From Centroscyllium fabricii (lineage: Eukaryota), in assembly GCA_051313645.2 (NCBI GenBank), contig JBNRSN020000028.1, positions 43,648,001 through 43,712,000 of the forward strand: a stretch of DNA of 64,000 nucleotides, read 5' to 3'. Position numbers and translations under genes: made by a program. Shown one piece after another: positions 26,238 to 40,152 of the stretch (position 1 is its first letter; each line of letters starts with the position of its first letter). The notes under the pieces were generated by a model. That model was not told the DNA's origin and did not search any database. It saw only the letters and a list, made by a program, of their open reading frames with translations.

Positions 26238-26488
26238 ATAGAATCATAGAAAAATAGAAGATAGGAGCAGGAGTAGGCCAGTCGACCCTTCGAGTCTGCT
26301 CCGCCATTCAATGAGATCATGGCTGATCACCCAAACCCAGTACCATATCGTTGCCATATCCCCTGATCCCTATCGAACCTGCATCAACACATATCCCACC
26401 CTGTCCTCGTAACCCCACATATTCAATCCCCCTAACATTAAGGGTCAATTTATTATGGCAAATCAACCTAACGCGCACATCTTTGGAC
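26238..26488 (-). mobile_element. Truncated HE1/V-SINE-type SINE, unit 4
   Basis: Copy of 11-261. Confidence 0.85.
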
Positions 26489-27148
26489 TTGCCACATTAA
26501 ATTCCACTTCTCTGCTGTAGTGTTTGGATCTAATGTTGATTCGATATCCCTTACACCTTTTGCGGGACTTTATGAAATGTAATTTGCTCCATGTCTACTA
26601 GTTAATAATTATTTGTGAACTGGGACTCATAACCTTCTTTGGGTCTCTACAGTGTATAGCTTCCAATTATTCTGAAAACAATCCAAACTATCTTAATTTG
26701 TTCCAAAGTGGATGGAGCCACACTTGCGCACAGTGAACTTGATTTGCCTTTGTTCTGCTGGCTTACTTCGTCTGTCTCTGTCGCTTTGGTTACCATCATA
26801 TCCCATTTGCACCAATAACGGACCGTCAGACTTATTGCGATCTTCAAACTCTGATCTACCGAGTTCTATTGCTCCATCAAAATCAATCATAAATACGGTG
26901 AAAAATAAAAGATCAAGTTAAATTATCTGGGGGACGGCATTTCTCACATCGGACTCCGCTGCTAAACAGCATGACATTTGTGGGAGAGAGAATATTTCTG
27001 AAGTGATGGCGGTTCAAGTAGTCAATCTGCAATTGTGGAAGAAATGCGCTGTAGAGGCTGGATTATGGACAGGAAATGTGAAATTGCAGAACGTGCAATG
27101 AGGCACTGCAAGCAATAAAAGGGCTTTTGTGAACCTGGTTTAGCAAGG

Positions 27149-27221
27149 GCCCGGATAGCTCAGTCGGTAGAGCATCAGACTTTTAATCTGAGGGTCCAGG
27201 GTTCAAGTCCCTGTTTGGGCG
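27149..27221 (+). tRNA. tRNA-Lys(UUU), class A, C68U
   Basis: Canonical except a G5:U68 wobble. T4 downstream. Confidence 0.94.
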
Positions 27222-28239
27222 CTGATTTTAAATCACAATACTGACCTCACAGTTCGGACACAGGTTGCAATAACAAGAGTCGGCCGTTTGAACCCACGAG
27301 CCTTACTGCCATTCAATTCAATCTATGAACCAGTTCCGTTTGCAGCTCTTTGCTCCTGACCCTACGTTTGGTTAACAAACACTTATTAATCGCAAGATGG
27401 CAATTGGCACAGCTTTAACTGCTGTTTTGAGAAGTGTGTTACAAATACTTGCCACATTCACTTTCACTTCTCTCCTGAAGGTCTTGGATCTAATGTTGAT
27501 TCGATGTCCCTTACTCCTTGACGGTTCAATCATCAGGAATACCTTCTCGCTATCGACAGTATCAGTTCCACATTATAGCGTGAACACTTCAATCAATTCA
27601 CCACATAAGCTTGTACATTCCATGGAATATAAACCTATTTTGTGCAATCTCCCATTGTAAATTGCCCCTTTGGAATCTATGTTAAATCTACGCTTCAATT
27701 TTTATGCCTCATACTACTTTCTTCAGGTCAAATGCCCAGAACTGAACACAGTACGGCAGGTGTGGTCTAATCCGAGCTTTGTTTAGCTGTGGCATAAATT
27801 GTCCCTCTAATAATGTAATCCTGCAGATAACGGTATCTCCTTTCAGTTTGCATCTGTGGATCATTTCTGTACCTGTCCATGACCACTTCATGATATATGT
27901 CCATGGCCCTTAAGTCTGTTTCGATCTCAGCTCTTTCCATCTTAACAGTATAACGAGTGTATTCTAGACGCCCCTTTTAGATCCGAAATGGATGAAGGCA
28001 AAATTGTCAATATTTTTTAGAAATCTGTCAAATAATTGACCAAATCTTAAAATATGAATATCTGGTCAAATTTTTAACTTCCACCTAATCTGCTTTTAAT
28101 GCCGCCTGTCATTTTTGTCATCGTCAAACTGGCATATGTGCCACTCAGCCGTATCAAGTAATTCGGTAGTAAAATCGAGGAATATTTGAGGTCCCTAGCG
28201 AGATAACTCAGAGAAACCGCTTCTTCTATTCTGCCAATT

Positions 28240-30556
28240 TGTCACAGATGGCATTCCCCTTTAAGGAATCCATTTTGGAATTCTAGGTTTTGTTTCTCTG
28301 TTTTGATTCATTGTATCTCAATTAACTGTTTCACATACCTGTGTGTTCCTGGTTCTCAATACCTGCAGCTTATTGGCTAGCACTAAATAATCTGGTTTGC
28401 CTGTTTGGCTTATAAGCTGGGTGCTTTGACCAGGCAGGTGCCGGATCATTAGATTCTACTTACTACTCATTACTACGAAATACTGGAAGGAGTGGTTGCT
28501 GTCTGAGCTTCTGGAGAGGCAATGGGTTTGGGCGTTCCCCTGCCTTGTAGATGATGTATTCTCTTCTGGAATCTCGATTAGAGTAAGTCTTAGCTGTGGA
28601 GCGGACTTCGGAGAACTACGGTTGTCTACATTCTGGACATTGCACTTTACCTCCGGAACTCAGGATTGTACTTTCCATTAGTTAAGTAAGGGCGTTCCTC
28701 TGCTAAGTGGATCATAGATTCTCGTTCTGTGAACTCCGTTGAGTTAAGTCCCCGCGGTGGAGCGGACTTTGAAGAGATCCTTGTTCTACTTCCTGGACAT
28801 TGGTCGTGATCACCCGAACTGAGGTTTGGACGTTTCAGTAGGGTATGTGGGGAGTTTCCTTGTTTGTGAAGATGGATTCTCTCTCAGAAGACTCCGTTGG
28901 AGTGAGTTTCTGCTGTAGGGCGAACTCGGGAGTATTCCTAAATTCAACATCCTGGACATTGCTCGCACCCACCTGAACTCAGGGTTGGACATGTATTTCA
29001 CAACACTATGATGCGCTTGGCTGCGTACCATTCCATGCACCAAGGGAAGTCTTGTACCAGTTCGGAAGAGAACTTGTTTTCTGTTATGATGCGCTTGGTT
29101 GCGTATCATTCCACGCACTATGGAAAGTTTTGTACCAGTTCGGAAAAGAACTTGTTTTCTGTTTCTAACTTTGTATGCCATTTAATATTGTTTTATAACT
29201 TTTTGAATGTATGCATGTATGTTTTTTCATTACTGTTTCGTATATAAAGGATTTAAGACCTAGACAGTTTTATCAGTGTCTTTGCATTTGGGCCCCACAC
29301 CCCACCGTTACAGAATGATCCGGCCAACATGGGGGCCCAGCAGACACTGAAGCGTCTAGCGCTCCTCGGATTCTTTTATACCTGGAGGACGGTTGGTCCC
29401 TCCTCCCCACCCCTCCACCCACCTTCTTTCGGTATTTCGGTACTTGGGACGTCAGCAGTCGTCCTTTGAGGGGGGGGGGGTTCTGTCACAGATGGAATTC
29501 CCCTTTAAGGAATCCATTTTGGAATTTTAGGTTTTGTATCTCTGTTTTGATTCATTGTATTTCAATTAACTGTTTCACATACCTGTGTGTTCCTGGTTCT
29601 CAATACCTGCAGCTTATTGGCTAGCACTAAATAATCTGGTTTGCCTGTTTGGCTTATAAGCTGGGTGCTTTGACCAGGCAGGTGCCGGATCATTAGATTC
29701 TACTTACTACTCATTACTACGAACTACTGGAAGGAGTGGTTGCTGTCTGAGCTTCTGGAGAGGCAATGGGTTTGGGCGTTCCCCTGCCTTGTAGATGATG
29801 TATTTTCTTCTGGAATCTCGATTAGAGTAAGTCTTAGCTGTGGAGCAGACTTCGGAGAACTACGGTTGTCTACATTCTGGACATTGCTCTTTACCTCCTG
29901 AACTCAGGTTTGGACTTTCCATTAGTTAAGTAAGGGCGTTCCCCTGCTAAGTGGATCATGAATTCTCGTTCTGTGAACTCCGTTGGGTTAAGTCCCCGCG
30001 GTGGAGCGGACTTTGAAGAGATCCTTGTTCTACTTCCAGGACATTGGTCGTGATCACCCGAACTGAGGTTTGGACGTTTCAGTAGGGTATGTGGGGAGTT
30101 TCCTTGTTTGTGAAGATGGATTCTCTCTCAGAAGACTCCGTTGGAGTGAGTTTCTGCTGTAGGGCGAACTCGGGAATATTCCTAAATTCAACATCCTGGA
30201 CATTGCTCGCACCCACCTGAACTCAGGGTTGGACATGTATTTCACAACACTATGATGCGCTTGGCTGCGTACCATTCCATGCACCAAGGGAAGTCTTGTA
30301 CCAGTTCGGAAGAGAACTTGTTTTCTGTTATGATGCGCTTGGTTGCGTATCATTCCACGCACTATGGACATTTTTGTACCAGTTCGGGAAAGAACTTGTT
30401 TTCTGTTTCTAACTTTGTATGCCATTTAATATTGTTTTGTAACTTTTTGAATGTATGCATGTATGTTTTTTCATTACTGTTTGGTATATAAATGATTTAA
30501 GACCTAGACAGTTTGATCAGTGTCTTTGCATTTGGGACCCACACCCCACCGTTACA
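28240..30556 (+). mobile_element. Non-autonomous LTR element, 2-LTR form (LTRs 28240-29312, 29484-30556)
   Basis: CAATT TSD, TG..CA ends, PBS, G11 PPT. Confidence 0.9.
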
Positions 30557-31304
30557 CAATTAAAGTTACTGATTATTATCCGTAAGCTTTGTCTCCTGTT
30601 GTGCAAAGGATTTCCTAACCAGGACAATAATTTGACTTCACTTCCACGAATTTCAACTTCAGTTAGATGTCACCTATGCGGGAGATTGTGAAATTTCATT
30701 TGCTCCATGTCTACTAGCTAATAATGATTTGTGAACTGGGACTCATAATCCTCTTTGGTTCGGAACAGTGAATAGCTTCCAATTATTTAGAATATAATTC
30801 ACTGTTTAAATTGTGTTTTAAATATGTGACAATAAAATTTAACTTTAACTTTAAAGTATCTTAATATGTTCGAAAGTCGATGGGGCCGCACTTGCGCACA
30901 GTGAACTCGATTTGCCTTTGTTTTGCCTGCTTACTTCGTCTGTGTCTGTCTCTTTGGTTACCTACATTTCCCATTTGCCGTAATAACGGACCTTCAAACG
31001 TATTGCGATCCTCAAACTACGATCTACAGCCTTCAAGTCAATCATAAATACGGTGAAAAATTGAAGATCACATTCAATTATCTGGGGGACGGCATTTCTC
31101 ACATCTGACTCCGCTGCTAAGCAGCATGTCGTTTGTGGGAGGGAGGGTATTTCTGAAATGATGGCGGTTTCAGGCAATCAGTCTGCATTTGTGGAAGAAA
31201 TGCGCTGTCGAAGCTGGACAATGGAAAATAAATTTGATGTTGCAGAAGGTGCAATGATGCACTGCAAACAAATAAAGGGCTTTTGTGAAATGTGATTAGC
31301 AAGA

Positions 31305-31377
31305 GCCCGGATAGCTCAGTCGGTAGAACATCAAACTTTTAATCTGAGGGCCTAGGGTTCAGGTCCCTGCTCGGGCG
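31305..31377 (+). tRNA. tRNA-Lys(UUU) class B variant, probable pseudogene
   Basis: Class B changes plus C49U and A58G. Confidence 0.82.
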
Positions 31378-33188
31378 CTGCTTTTAAATCACAAAACTGA
31401 TCTCACAATTCGCACACTGATCACAATAAAAAGAGAAAGCCGTTTAAACCCACGAGCCTTACTGGCACTCGATTCAATCTGCGAACCAGTTCCGTTTGCA
31501 ACCCTTTGCTCCTGACCCAACATTTGGTCAACAAACACTGATTAATCTCAAGTTGACAATTGGCACAGCTTTAACTGCTGTTTTCAGAAGAGTGTTCAAA
31601 TACTTGCCACATTCACTTTCACTTTTCTCCGGAAGGTCTTGGATCTCATTTCGATTTTATATCGCTTACTCCTTGACGGTTTAATCATCAGGAATAGCTG
31701 CTCGATTTCGACAGTATCATTTCCACATAATAGCGTGAATACTTCAATCAAATCACCACATAAGCTTGTACATTCCCTGGAATATAACCCTAGTTTGAGC
31801 AATTTCCCATTGGAAATTGTCCCTTTGTTTTGCTGGCTAACTTCGTCTGGGTCAATTTACAATGGGAGATTACACAAAATAGGATTATACTCCATGGAAT
31901 GTACAAGATTACGTGGTGATTTGATTGTATCATTCTGTTAAATCTACGCTTCACGGTTTATTCCTAATACTACATTCCTCAGGTCAAATTCCCAGAACTG
32001 TACAGAGTACTGCAGGTGTGGTCTAATCCTGCTTTGTTTAGCTGTGGCATATATTCACCCTCTAATAATATAATGCTGCAGATAACGGTATCACCTTTCA
32101 GTTAGCATTAGTGAATCATTTCTGTACCTGTCCATGACCATTTAATGATATATGTACATGGCCCTTAAGTCTATTTGGATCTCAGCTCTTTCCAGTTTAA
32201 CAGTATAACGACTGTATTCTAGTCGCCCCTTTTCGATCCGAAATGGATGATGTCACACTTGCCAATATCTAAATACATTTGTCAGAGAATTGCCCGAATC
32301 TTAACCTATCATTATCTGGTCACATTTTTAAATTTCAACTAATCTGGTTTTAATGCCGCCTTGCCTTTTTTGTCATCGTCAAACTGGCATGTGTGCAGCT
32401 CAGCCGTATCAGGTAATTCGGTTTTAAATTCGAGGAATATTTGAGGTCCCTAGCGAGATAACTCAGATATACCGCTTCTTATATCCTGCCAATTAATGTT
32501 TCTGATCATTATCCGTAAGATTTGTCTCCTGTCGTGCAAACAATTTCCTAACCAGGACAATAATTTGACATCACTTCCACGAGCTTCCACTTCAGTAAGA
32601 TGTCACTTCTGCGGGACATTATGAAATTTAATTTGCTTCATGTCTACTCGCTAATAATCATTTGTGAGCTGGGGTTCATAATCCTCTTTGGTTCCCAACA
32701 GTGATTAGCTTCCAATTATTTAGAAATTAATCCAAACTATCTAATATGTTCCAAAGTGGATGGAACCAAACTTGCGCACAGTGAACTCGATTTCCCTTGG
32801 TTTTGCTGGCTTACTCCGTCTGTCTCTGTCTCTTTGGTTACCACCATTTCCCAATTGCACCAATAACGGAACTTCAAACTTATTGCGTTCTTCAAACTAC
32901 GATCTACAGAGTTCTGCTGCTCCATCCAAGTCAATCATACATACGGTGAAAAATTGAAGATCATGTTCAATTATCTGGGGGACGGCATTTGTCACAGCTG
33001 ACTCCGCTGCTAAGCAACATTTCCTTTATGGGAGGGAGAATTTTTCTGAAGTGATGGCGGTTTCAGGCAGCCAGTCTGCATTTGTGGAAGAAAGGCGCTG
33101 TCGAGGCTGGATTATGGACAATAAATTTGATGTTGCAATGACGCACTGCAACCAGTAAAAGGGCTTTGGTGAACTTTGTTGAGCATTT

Positions 33189-33261
33189 GCCCGGATAGCT
33201 CAGTCGGTAGAACATCAGACTTTTAATCTGAGGGTCCAGGGTTCAAGACTCTGTTCGGGCG
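33189..33261 (+). tRNA. tRNA-Lys(UUU) class C variant
   Basis: Same sequence as 9825-9897. Confidence 0.88.
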
Positions 33262-33488
33262 CTGCTTTTAAATCACAATACTGATCTCACAATTCGTACA
33301 CTGATCACAATAAAAAGCGAAGGCCGTTAAAAACCACGAGCCTCACTGCCAATCGCTTCAATCTGTGAACCAGTTCCGATTGCAGCCCTTTGCTCCTGAC
33401 CTTCGATTTGGTCAACAAACACTTATTAATCTCAAGTTGCCAATTGGCACAGCTTTAAGTGCTGCTTTGATAAGTGTGTTTCAAATAC

Positions 33489-33739
33489 ATAGAATCATAG
33501 AAAAATAGAAGATAGGAGCAGGAGTAGGCCAGTCGACCCTTCGAGTCTGCTCCGCCATTCAATGAGATCATGGCTGATCACCCAAACCCAGTACCATATC
33601 GTTGCCATATCCCCTGATCCCTATCGAACCTGCATCAACACATATCCCACCCTGTCCTCGTAACCCCACATATTCAATCCCCCTAACATTAAGGGTCAAT
33701 TTATTATGGCAAATCAACCTAACGCGCACATCTTTGGAC
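33489..33739 (-). mobile_element. Truncated HE1/V-SINE-type SINE, unit 5
   Basis: Copy of 11-261. Confidence 0.85.
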
Positions 33740-34399
33740 TTGCCACATTAAATTCCACTTCTCTGCTGTAGTGTTTGGATCTAATGTTGATTCGATATCC
33801 CTTACACCTTTTGCGGGACTTTATGAAATGTAATTTGCTCCATGTCTACTAGTTAATAATTATTTGTGAACTGGGACTCATAACCTTCTTTGGGTCTCTA
33901 CAGTGTATAGCTTCCAATTATTCTGAAAATAATCCAAACTATCTTAATTTGTTCCAAAGTGGATGGAGCCACACTTGCGCACAGTGAAATTGATTTGCCT
34001 TTGTTCTGCTGGCTTACATCGTCTGTCTCTGTCGCTTTGGTTACCATCATATCCCATTTGCACCAATAACGGACCGTCAATCTTATTGCGAACTTCACAC
34101 TCTGATCTACCGAGTTCTATTGCTCCATCAAAATCAATCATAAATACGGTGAAAAATAAAAGATCAAGTTAAATTATCTGGGGGACGGCATTTCTCACAT
34201 CGGACTCCGCCGCTAAACAGCATGACATTTGTGGGAGAGAGAATATTTCTGAAGTGATGGCGGTTCAAGTAGTCAATCTGCAATTGTGGAAGAAATGCGC
34301 TGTAGAGGCTGGATTATGGACAGGAAATGTGAAATTGCAGAACGTGCAATGAGGCACTGCAAGCAATAAAAGGGCTTTTGTGAACCTAGTTTAGCAAGG

Positions 34400-34472
34400 G
34401 CCCGGATAGCTCAGTCGGTAGAGCATCAGACTTTTAATCTGAGGGTCCAGGGTTCAAGTCCCTGTTTGGGCG
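34400..34472 (+). tRNA. tRNA-Lys(UUU), class A, C68U
   Basis: Same sequence as 27149-27221. Confidence 0.94.
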
Positions 34473-35490
34473 CTGATTTTAAATCACAATACTGACCTCA
34501 CAGTTCGGACACAGGTCGCAATAACAAGAGTCGGCCGTTTGAACCCACGAGCCTTACTGCCATTCAATTCAATCTATGAACCAGTTCCGTTTGCAGCTCT
34601 TTGCTCCTGACCCTACGTTTGGTTAACAAACACTTATTAATCGCAAGATGGCAATTGGCACAGCTTTAACTGCTGTTTTGAGAAGTGTGTTACAAATACT
34701 TGCCACATTCACTTTCACTTCTCTCCTGAAGGTCTTGGATCTAATGTTGATTCGATGTCCCTTACTCCTTGACGGTTCAATCATCAGGAATACCTTCTCG
34801 CTATCGACAGTATCAGTTCCACATTATAGCGTGAACACTTCAATCAATTCACCACATAAGCTTATACATTCCATGGAATATAAACCTATTTTGTGTAATC
34901 TCCCATTGTAAATTGCCCCTTTGGAATCTATGTTAAATCTACGCTTCAATTTTTATGCCTCATACTACTTTCTTCAGGTCAAATGCCCAGAACTGTACAC
35001 AGTACGGCAGGTGTGGTCTAATCCGAGCTTTGTTTATCTGTGGCCTAAATTGTCCCTCTAATAATGTAATCCTGCAGATAACGGTATCACCTTTCAGTTT
35101 GCATCTGCGGATCATTTCTGTACCTGTCCATGACCACTTCATGATATATGTCCATGGCCCTTAAGTCTGTTTCGATCTCAGCTCTTTCCATCTTAACAGT
35201 ATAACGAGTGTATTCTAGACGCCCCTTTTAGATCCGAAATGGATGAAGGCAAAATTGTCAATATTTTTAAGAAATCTGTCAAATAATTGACCAAATCTTA
35301 AAATATGAATATCTGGTCAAATTTTTAACTTCCACCTAATCTGCTTTTAATGCCGCCTGTCATTTTTGTCATCGTCAAACTGGCATATGTGCCACTCAGC
35401 CGTATCAAGTAATTCGGTAGTAAAATCGAGGAATATTTGAGGTCCCTAGCGAGATAACTCAGAGAAACCGCTTCTTCTATTCTGCCAATT

Positions 35491-37809
35491 TGTCACAGAT
35501 GGCATTCCCCTTTAAGGAATCCATTTTGGAATTCTAGGTTTTGTTTCTCTGTTTTGATTCATTGTATCTCAATTAACTGTTTCACATACCTGTGTGTTCC
35601 TGGTTCTCAATACCTGCAGCTTATTGGCTAGCACTAAATAATCTGGTTTGCCTGTTTGGCTTATAAGCTGGGTGCTTTGACCAGGCAGGTGCCGGATCAT
35701 TAGATTCTACTTACTACTCATTACTACGAACTACTGGAAGGAGTGGTTGCTGTCTGAGCTTCTGGAGAGGCAATGGGTTTGGGCGTTCCCCTGCCTTGTA
35801 GATGATGTATTCTCTTCTGGAATCTCGATTAGAGTAAGTCTTAGCTGTGGAGCGGACTTCGGAGAACTACGGTTGTCTACATTCTGGACATTGCACTTTA
35901 CCTCCTGAACTCAGGTTTGGACTTTCCATTAGTTAAGTAAGGGCGTTCCCCTGCTAAGTGGATCATGGATTCTCGTTCTGTGAACTCCGTTGGGTTAAGT
36001 CCCCGCGGTGGAGCGGACTTTGAAGAGATCCTTGTTCTACTTCCAGGACATTGGTCGTGATCACCCGAACTGAGGTTTGGACGTTTCAGTAGGGTATGTG
36101 GGGAGTTTCCTTGTTTGTGAAGATGGATTCTCTCTCAGAAGACTCCGTTGGAGTGAGTTTCTGCTGTAGGGCGAACTCGGGAGTATTCCTAAATTCAACA
36201 TCTTGGACATTGCTCGCACCCACCTGAACTCAGGGTTGGACATGTATTTCACAACACTATGATGCGCTTGGCTGCGTACCATTCCATGCACCAAGGGAAG
36301 TCTTGTACCAGTTCGGATGAGAACTTGTTTTCTGTTATGATGCGCTTGGTTGTGTATCATTCCACGCACTATGGAAAGTTTTATACCAGTTCGGAAAAGA
36401 ACTTGTTTTCTGTTTCTAACTTTGTATGCCATTTAATATTGTTTTATAACTTTTTGAATGTATGCATGTATGTTTTTTCATTACTGTTTGGTATATAAAG
36501 GATTTAAGACCTAGACAGTTTTATCAGTGTATTTGCATTTGGGCCCCACACCCCGCCGTTACAGAATGATCCGGCCAACATGGGGGCCCAGCAGACACTG
36601 AAGCGTCTAGCGCTCCTCGGATTCTTTTATACCTGGAGGACGGTTGATCCCTCCTCCCCACTCCTCCACCCACCTTCTTTCGGTATTTCGGTACTTGGGA
36701 CGTCAGCAGTCGTCCCTTGAGGGGGGGGGGGGGTTCTGTCACATATAGCATTCCCCTTTAAGGAATCCATTTTGGAATTCTAGGTTTTGTTTCTCTGTTT
36801 TGATTCATTGTATCTCAATTAATTGTTTCGCATACCTGTGTGTTCCTGGTTCTCAATACCTGCAGCTTATTGGCTAGCACTAAATAATCTGGTTTGCCTG
36901 TTTGGCTTATAAGCTGGGTGCTTTGACCAGGCAGGTGCCGGATCATTAGATTCTACTTACTACTCATTACTACGAACTACTGGAAGGAGTGGTTGCTGTC
37001 TGAGCTTCTGGAGAGGCAATGGGTTTGGGCGTTCCCCTGCCTTGTAGATGATGTATTCTCTTCTGGAATCTCGATTAGAGTAAGTCTTAGCTGTGGAGCG
37101 GACTTCGGAGAACTACGGTTGTCTACACTCTGGACATTGCACTTTACCTCCTGAACTCAGGTTTGGACTTTCCATTAGTTAAGTAAGGGCGTTCCCCTGC
37201 TAAGTGGATCATGGATTCTCGTTCTGTGAACTCCGTTGGGTTAAGTCCCCGCGGTGGAGCGGACTTTGAAGAGATCCTTGTTCTACTTCCAGGACATTGG
37301 TCATGATCACCCGAACTGAGGTTTGGACGTTTCAGTAGGGTATGTGGGGAGTTTCCTTGTTTGTGAAGATGGATTTTCTCTCAGAAGACTCCGTTGGAGT
37401 GAGTTTCTGCTGTAGGGCGAACTCGGGAGTATTCCTAAATTCAACATCCTGGACATTGCTCGCACCCACCTGAACTCAGGGTTGGACATGTATTTCACAA
37501 CACTATGATGCGCTTGGCTGCGTACCATTCCATGCACCAAGGGAAGTCTTGTACCAGTTCGGAAGAGAACTTGTGTTCTGTTATGATGCGCTTGGTTGCG
37601 TATCATTCCACGCACTATGGAAAGTTTTATACCAGTTCGGAAAATAACTTGTTTTCTGTTTCTAACTTTGTATGCCATTTAATATTGTTTTATAACTTTT
37701 TGAATGTATGCATGTATGTTTTTTCATTACTGTTTGGTATATAAAGGATTTAAGACCTAGACAGTTTTATCAGTGTCTTTGCATTTGGGCCCCACACCCC
37801 ACCGTTACA
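35491..37809 (+). mobile_element. Non-autonomous LTR element, 2-LTR form (LTRs 35491-36563, 36737-37809)
   Basis: CAATT TSD, TG..CA ends, PBS, G13 PPT. Confidence 0.9.
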
Positions 37810-38557
37810 CAATTAAAGTTACTGATTATTATCCGTAAGCTTTGTCTCCTGTCGTGCAAAGGATTTCCTAACCAGGACAATAATTTGACTTCACTTCCAC
37901 GAATTTCAACTTCAGTTAGATGTCACCTATGCGGGAGATTGTGAAATTTCATTTGCTCCATGTCTACTAGCTAATAATGATTTGTGAACTGGGACTCATA
38001 ATCCTCTTTGGTTCGGAACAGTGAATAGCTTCCAATTATTTAGAATATAATTCACTGTTTAAATTGTGTTTTAAATATGTGACAATAAAATTTAACTTTA
38101 ACTTTAATGTATCTTAATATGTTCGAAACTCGATGGGGCCGCACTTGCGCACAGTGAACTCGATTTGCCTTTGTTTTGCTGGCTTACTTCGTCTGTGTCT
38201 GTCTCTTTGGTTACCTACATTTCCCATTTGCCGTAATAACGGACCTTCAAACTTATTGCGATCCTCAAACTACGATCTACAGCCTTCAAGTCAATCATAA
38301 ATACGGTGAAAAATTGAAGATCACATTCAATTATATGGGTGACGGCATTTCTCACATCTGACTCCGCTGCTAAGCAGCATGTCGTTTGTGGGAGGGAGGG
38401 TATTTCTGAAATGATGGCGGTTTCAGGCAATCAGTCTGCATTTGTGGAATAAATGCGCTGTCGAGGCTGGATTATGGACAAGAAATTTGAAGTTCCAGAA
38501 GGTGCAAGGATGCACTGCAACCAATGAAAGGGCTTTTGTGAACTATGTTTAGTAAGA

Positions 38558-38630
38558 GCCCGGTTAGCTCGGTTGGTAGATAATCAGACTTTTAATCTGA
38601 GGGTCCAGGATTCGTGTCCCTGTTCGAGAA
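38558..38630 (+). pseudogene. tRNA-Lys(UUU) pseudogene
   Basis: Anticodon arm intact, but A box, B box (GATTCGTG) and acceptor stem (..TTCGAGAA) are disrupted. Confidence 0.88.
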
Positions 38631-39864
38631 ATCTTTTAAATCACAATACTGATCTCACAATTACTACACTGATCACAATAAAAAGAGTAGGCCGTTTAAA
38701 CCCACGGGCCTTACAACCATTCGGTTCAATCTGTGAATCAGTTCCGTTTGTAGCCCTTTGCTCCTGACCCCTTAATATATTTGGTTAACAAACACTTGTT
38801 AATCTCAAGTTGATAATTGGCACAGCTTTAACTGCTGTTTTCAGAAGTGTGTTACAAATACTTGCCACATTCACTTTCACTTCTCTCCTGAAGGACCTGG
38901 ATCGATAGCGTGAATACTTCATTAGAATCACATTATAAGCTTCTACATTCCATGGAATATAACCCTGGGTTGTGCAATTTCTCATTGTAAATGGTCCCTT
39001 TGGAATTGTAAGTTGAGTCATTCTGTAAAATCTACACTTCAATTTTAACGCCAAATACTACTTTCCTGAGGTCAAATGCCCAGAACTGTGCACAGTTCTG
39101 CAGGTGTGGTCTAATCCGAGCTTTGTTTAACTGTGGCGTAACTTCTCTCTCTAATATTGTAATCCTGCAGATAACCGTATCACCTTTCAGTTAGCATTTG
39201 TGAATCATTTCGGTACCTGTCCATGACCATTTCATGATATATGTACATGGCCCTTAAGTCTATTTGGATCTCAGCTCTTCCCAGCTTAACAGTATAACGA
39301 CTGTATTCTAGACGCCCCTTTTAGATCCGAAATGGATGACGTCACACTTGCCAATATTTAAATCAATTTGTCAAAGAATTGCCCAAATCTTAATCTGTGA
39401 ATATCTGGTCAAATTTTAAACTTCCACCTAATCTGCTTTTACTGCCTCCTGTCTGTTTCGTCATCGTCCATCTGGCATGTGTGGCACTCAGTCGTATCAA
39501 GTAATTCGGTAGTAAAATCGAGGAATATTTGAAGTCTCCTAAACAGGTCATTCAGAGACATCGCTTCTTATATTTTGCAAATTAAAGTTCCAGTTCATTA
39601 TCCGTAATCTCTTTCTACTGTCCTGCAAACAATTTCCTAACCCGGAGAATAATGTGACTTTACTTCCACGAGGTTCCACTTCAGTAAGATGTCACTTATG
39701 TGAGTCATTATGAAATGTCATTTGCTCAATGTCTACTTGCTAATAATCATTTGTGAGCTAGGGTTCATGATCCTCGTTGGTTCTCAACAGTAAATAGCTT
39801 GCAATTATTGCACGGAGGATCTGCAACAAAGTACGTCACTGTCTGGCGTAAAAATAAAAAAATG

Positions 39865-40032
39865 GAAGGTGTCTCAACCATGGCTAACAAGGGAAATCAG
39901 GGATAGTATTAACGCCAAGGAAGTGGCATACAAATTGGCCAGAAGTAGCAGCAAACCCGGGGTCTGGGAGAAATTTAAAACTCAGCAGAGGAGGACGCAG
40001 GTTTTGATTAAAGCAGGGAAAATAGAATATGA
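39865..40032 (+). mobile_element. Short internal CR1 ORF2 fragment
   Basis: Translation QPWLTREIRDSINAKEVAYKLARSSSKPGVWEKFK..GKIEY resembles the endonuclease-RT linker of CR1 ORF2. Confidence 0.75.
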
Positions 40033-40079
40033 TGGCCTGCAACCAATAAAAGGGCTTTTATGAACATTGTTTAGCAACT

Positions 40080-40152
40080 GCCCGACTAGCTCAGTCGGTA
40101 GAGCATCAGACTTTTAATCTGAAGGTCCTGGGTTCAAGTACCTGTTCAGGTG
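40080..40152 (+). pseudogene. tRNA-Lys(UUU) pseudogene lacking its terminator
   Basis: GCCCGACTAGCTCAGTCGGTAGAGCATCAGACTTTTAATCTGAAGGTCCTGGGTTCAAGTACCTGTTCAGGTG has acceptor/T-stem mismatches. Non-monomer DNA follows immediately. Confidence 0.85.

Larger units (their letters stand above)
1..38450. repeat. Higher-order tandem array of tRNA-Lys(UUU) monomers (units start at 1, 10115, 18971, 26228, 33479; last unit partial)
   Basis: TTTCAAATACATAGAATC recurs at 1, 10115, 18971, 26228 and 33479, and the same ORFs recur in the ORF track. Unit length differences are explained by presence/absence of a 1.6-kb CR1 and a 1.24-kb LTR+internal module. Confidence 0.97.
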
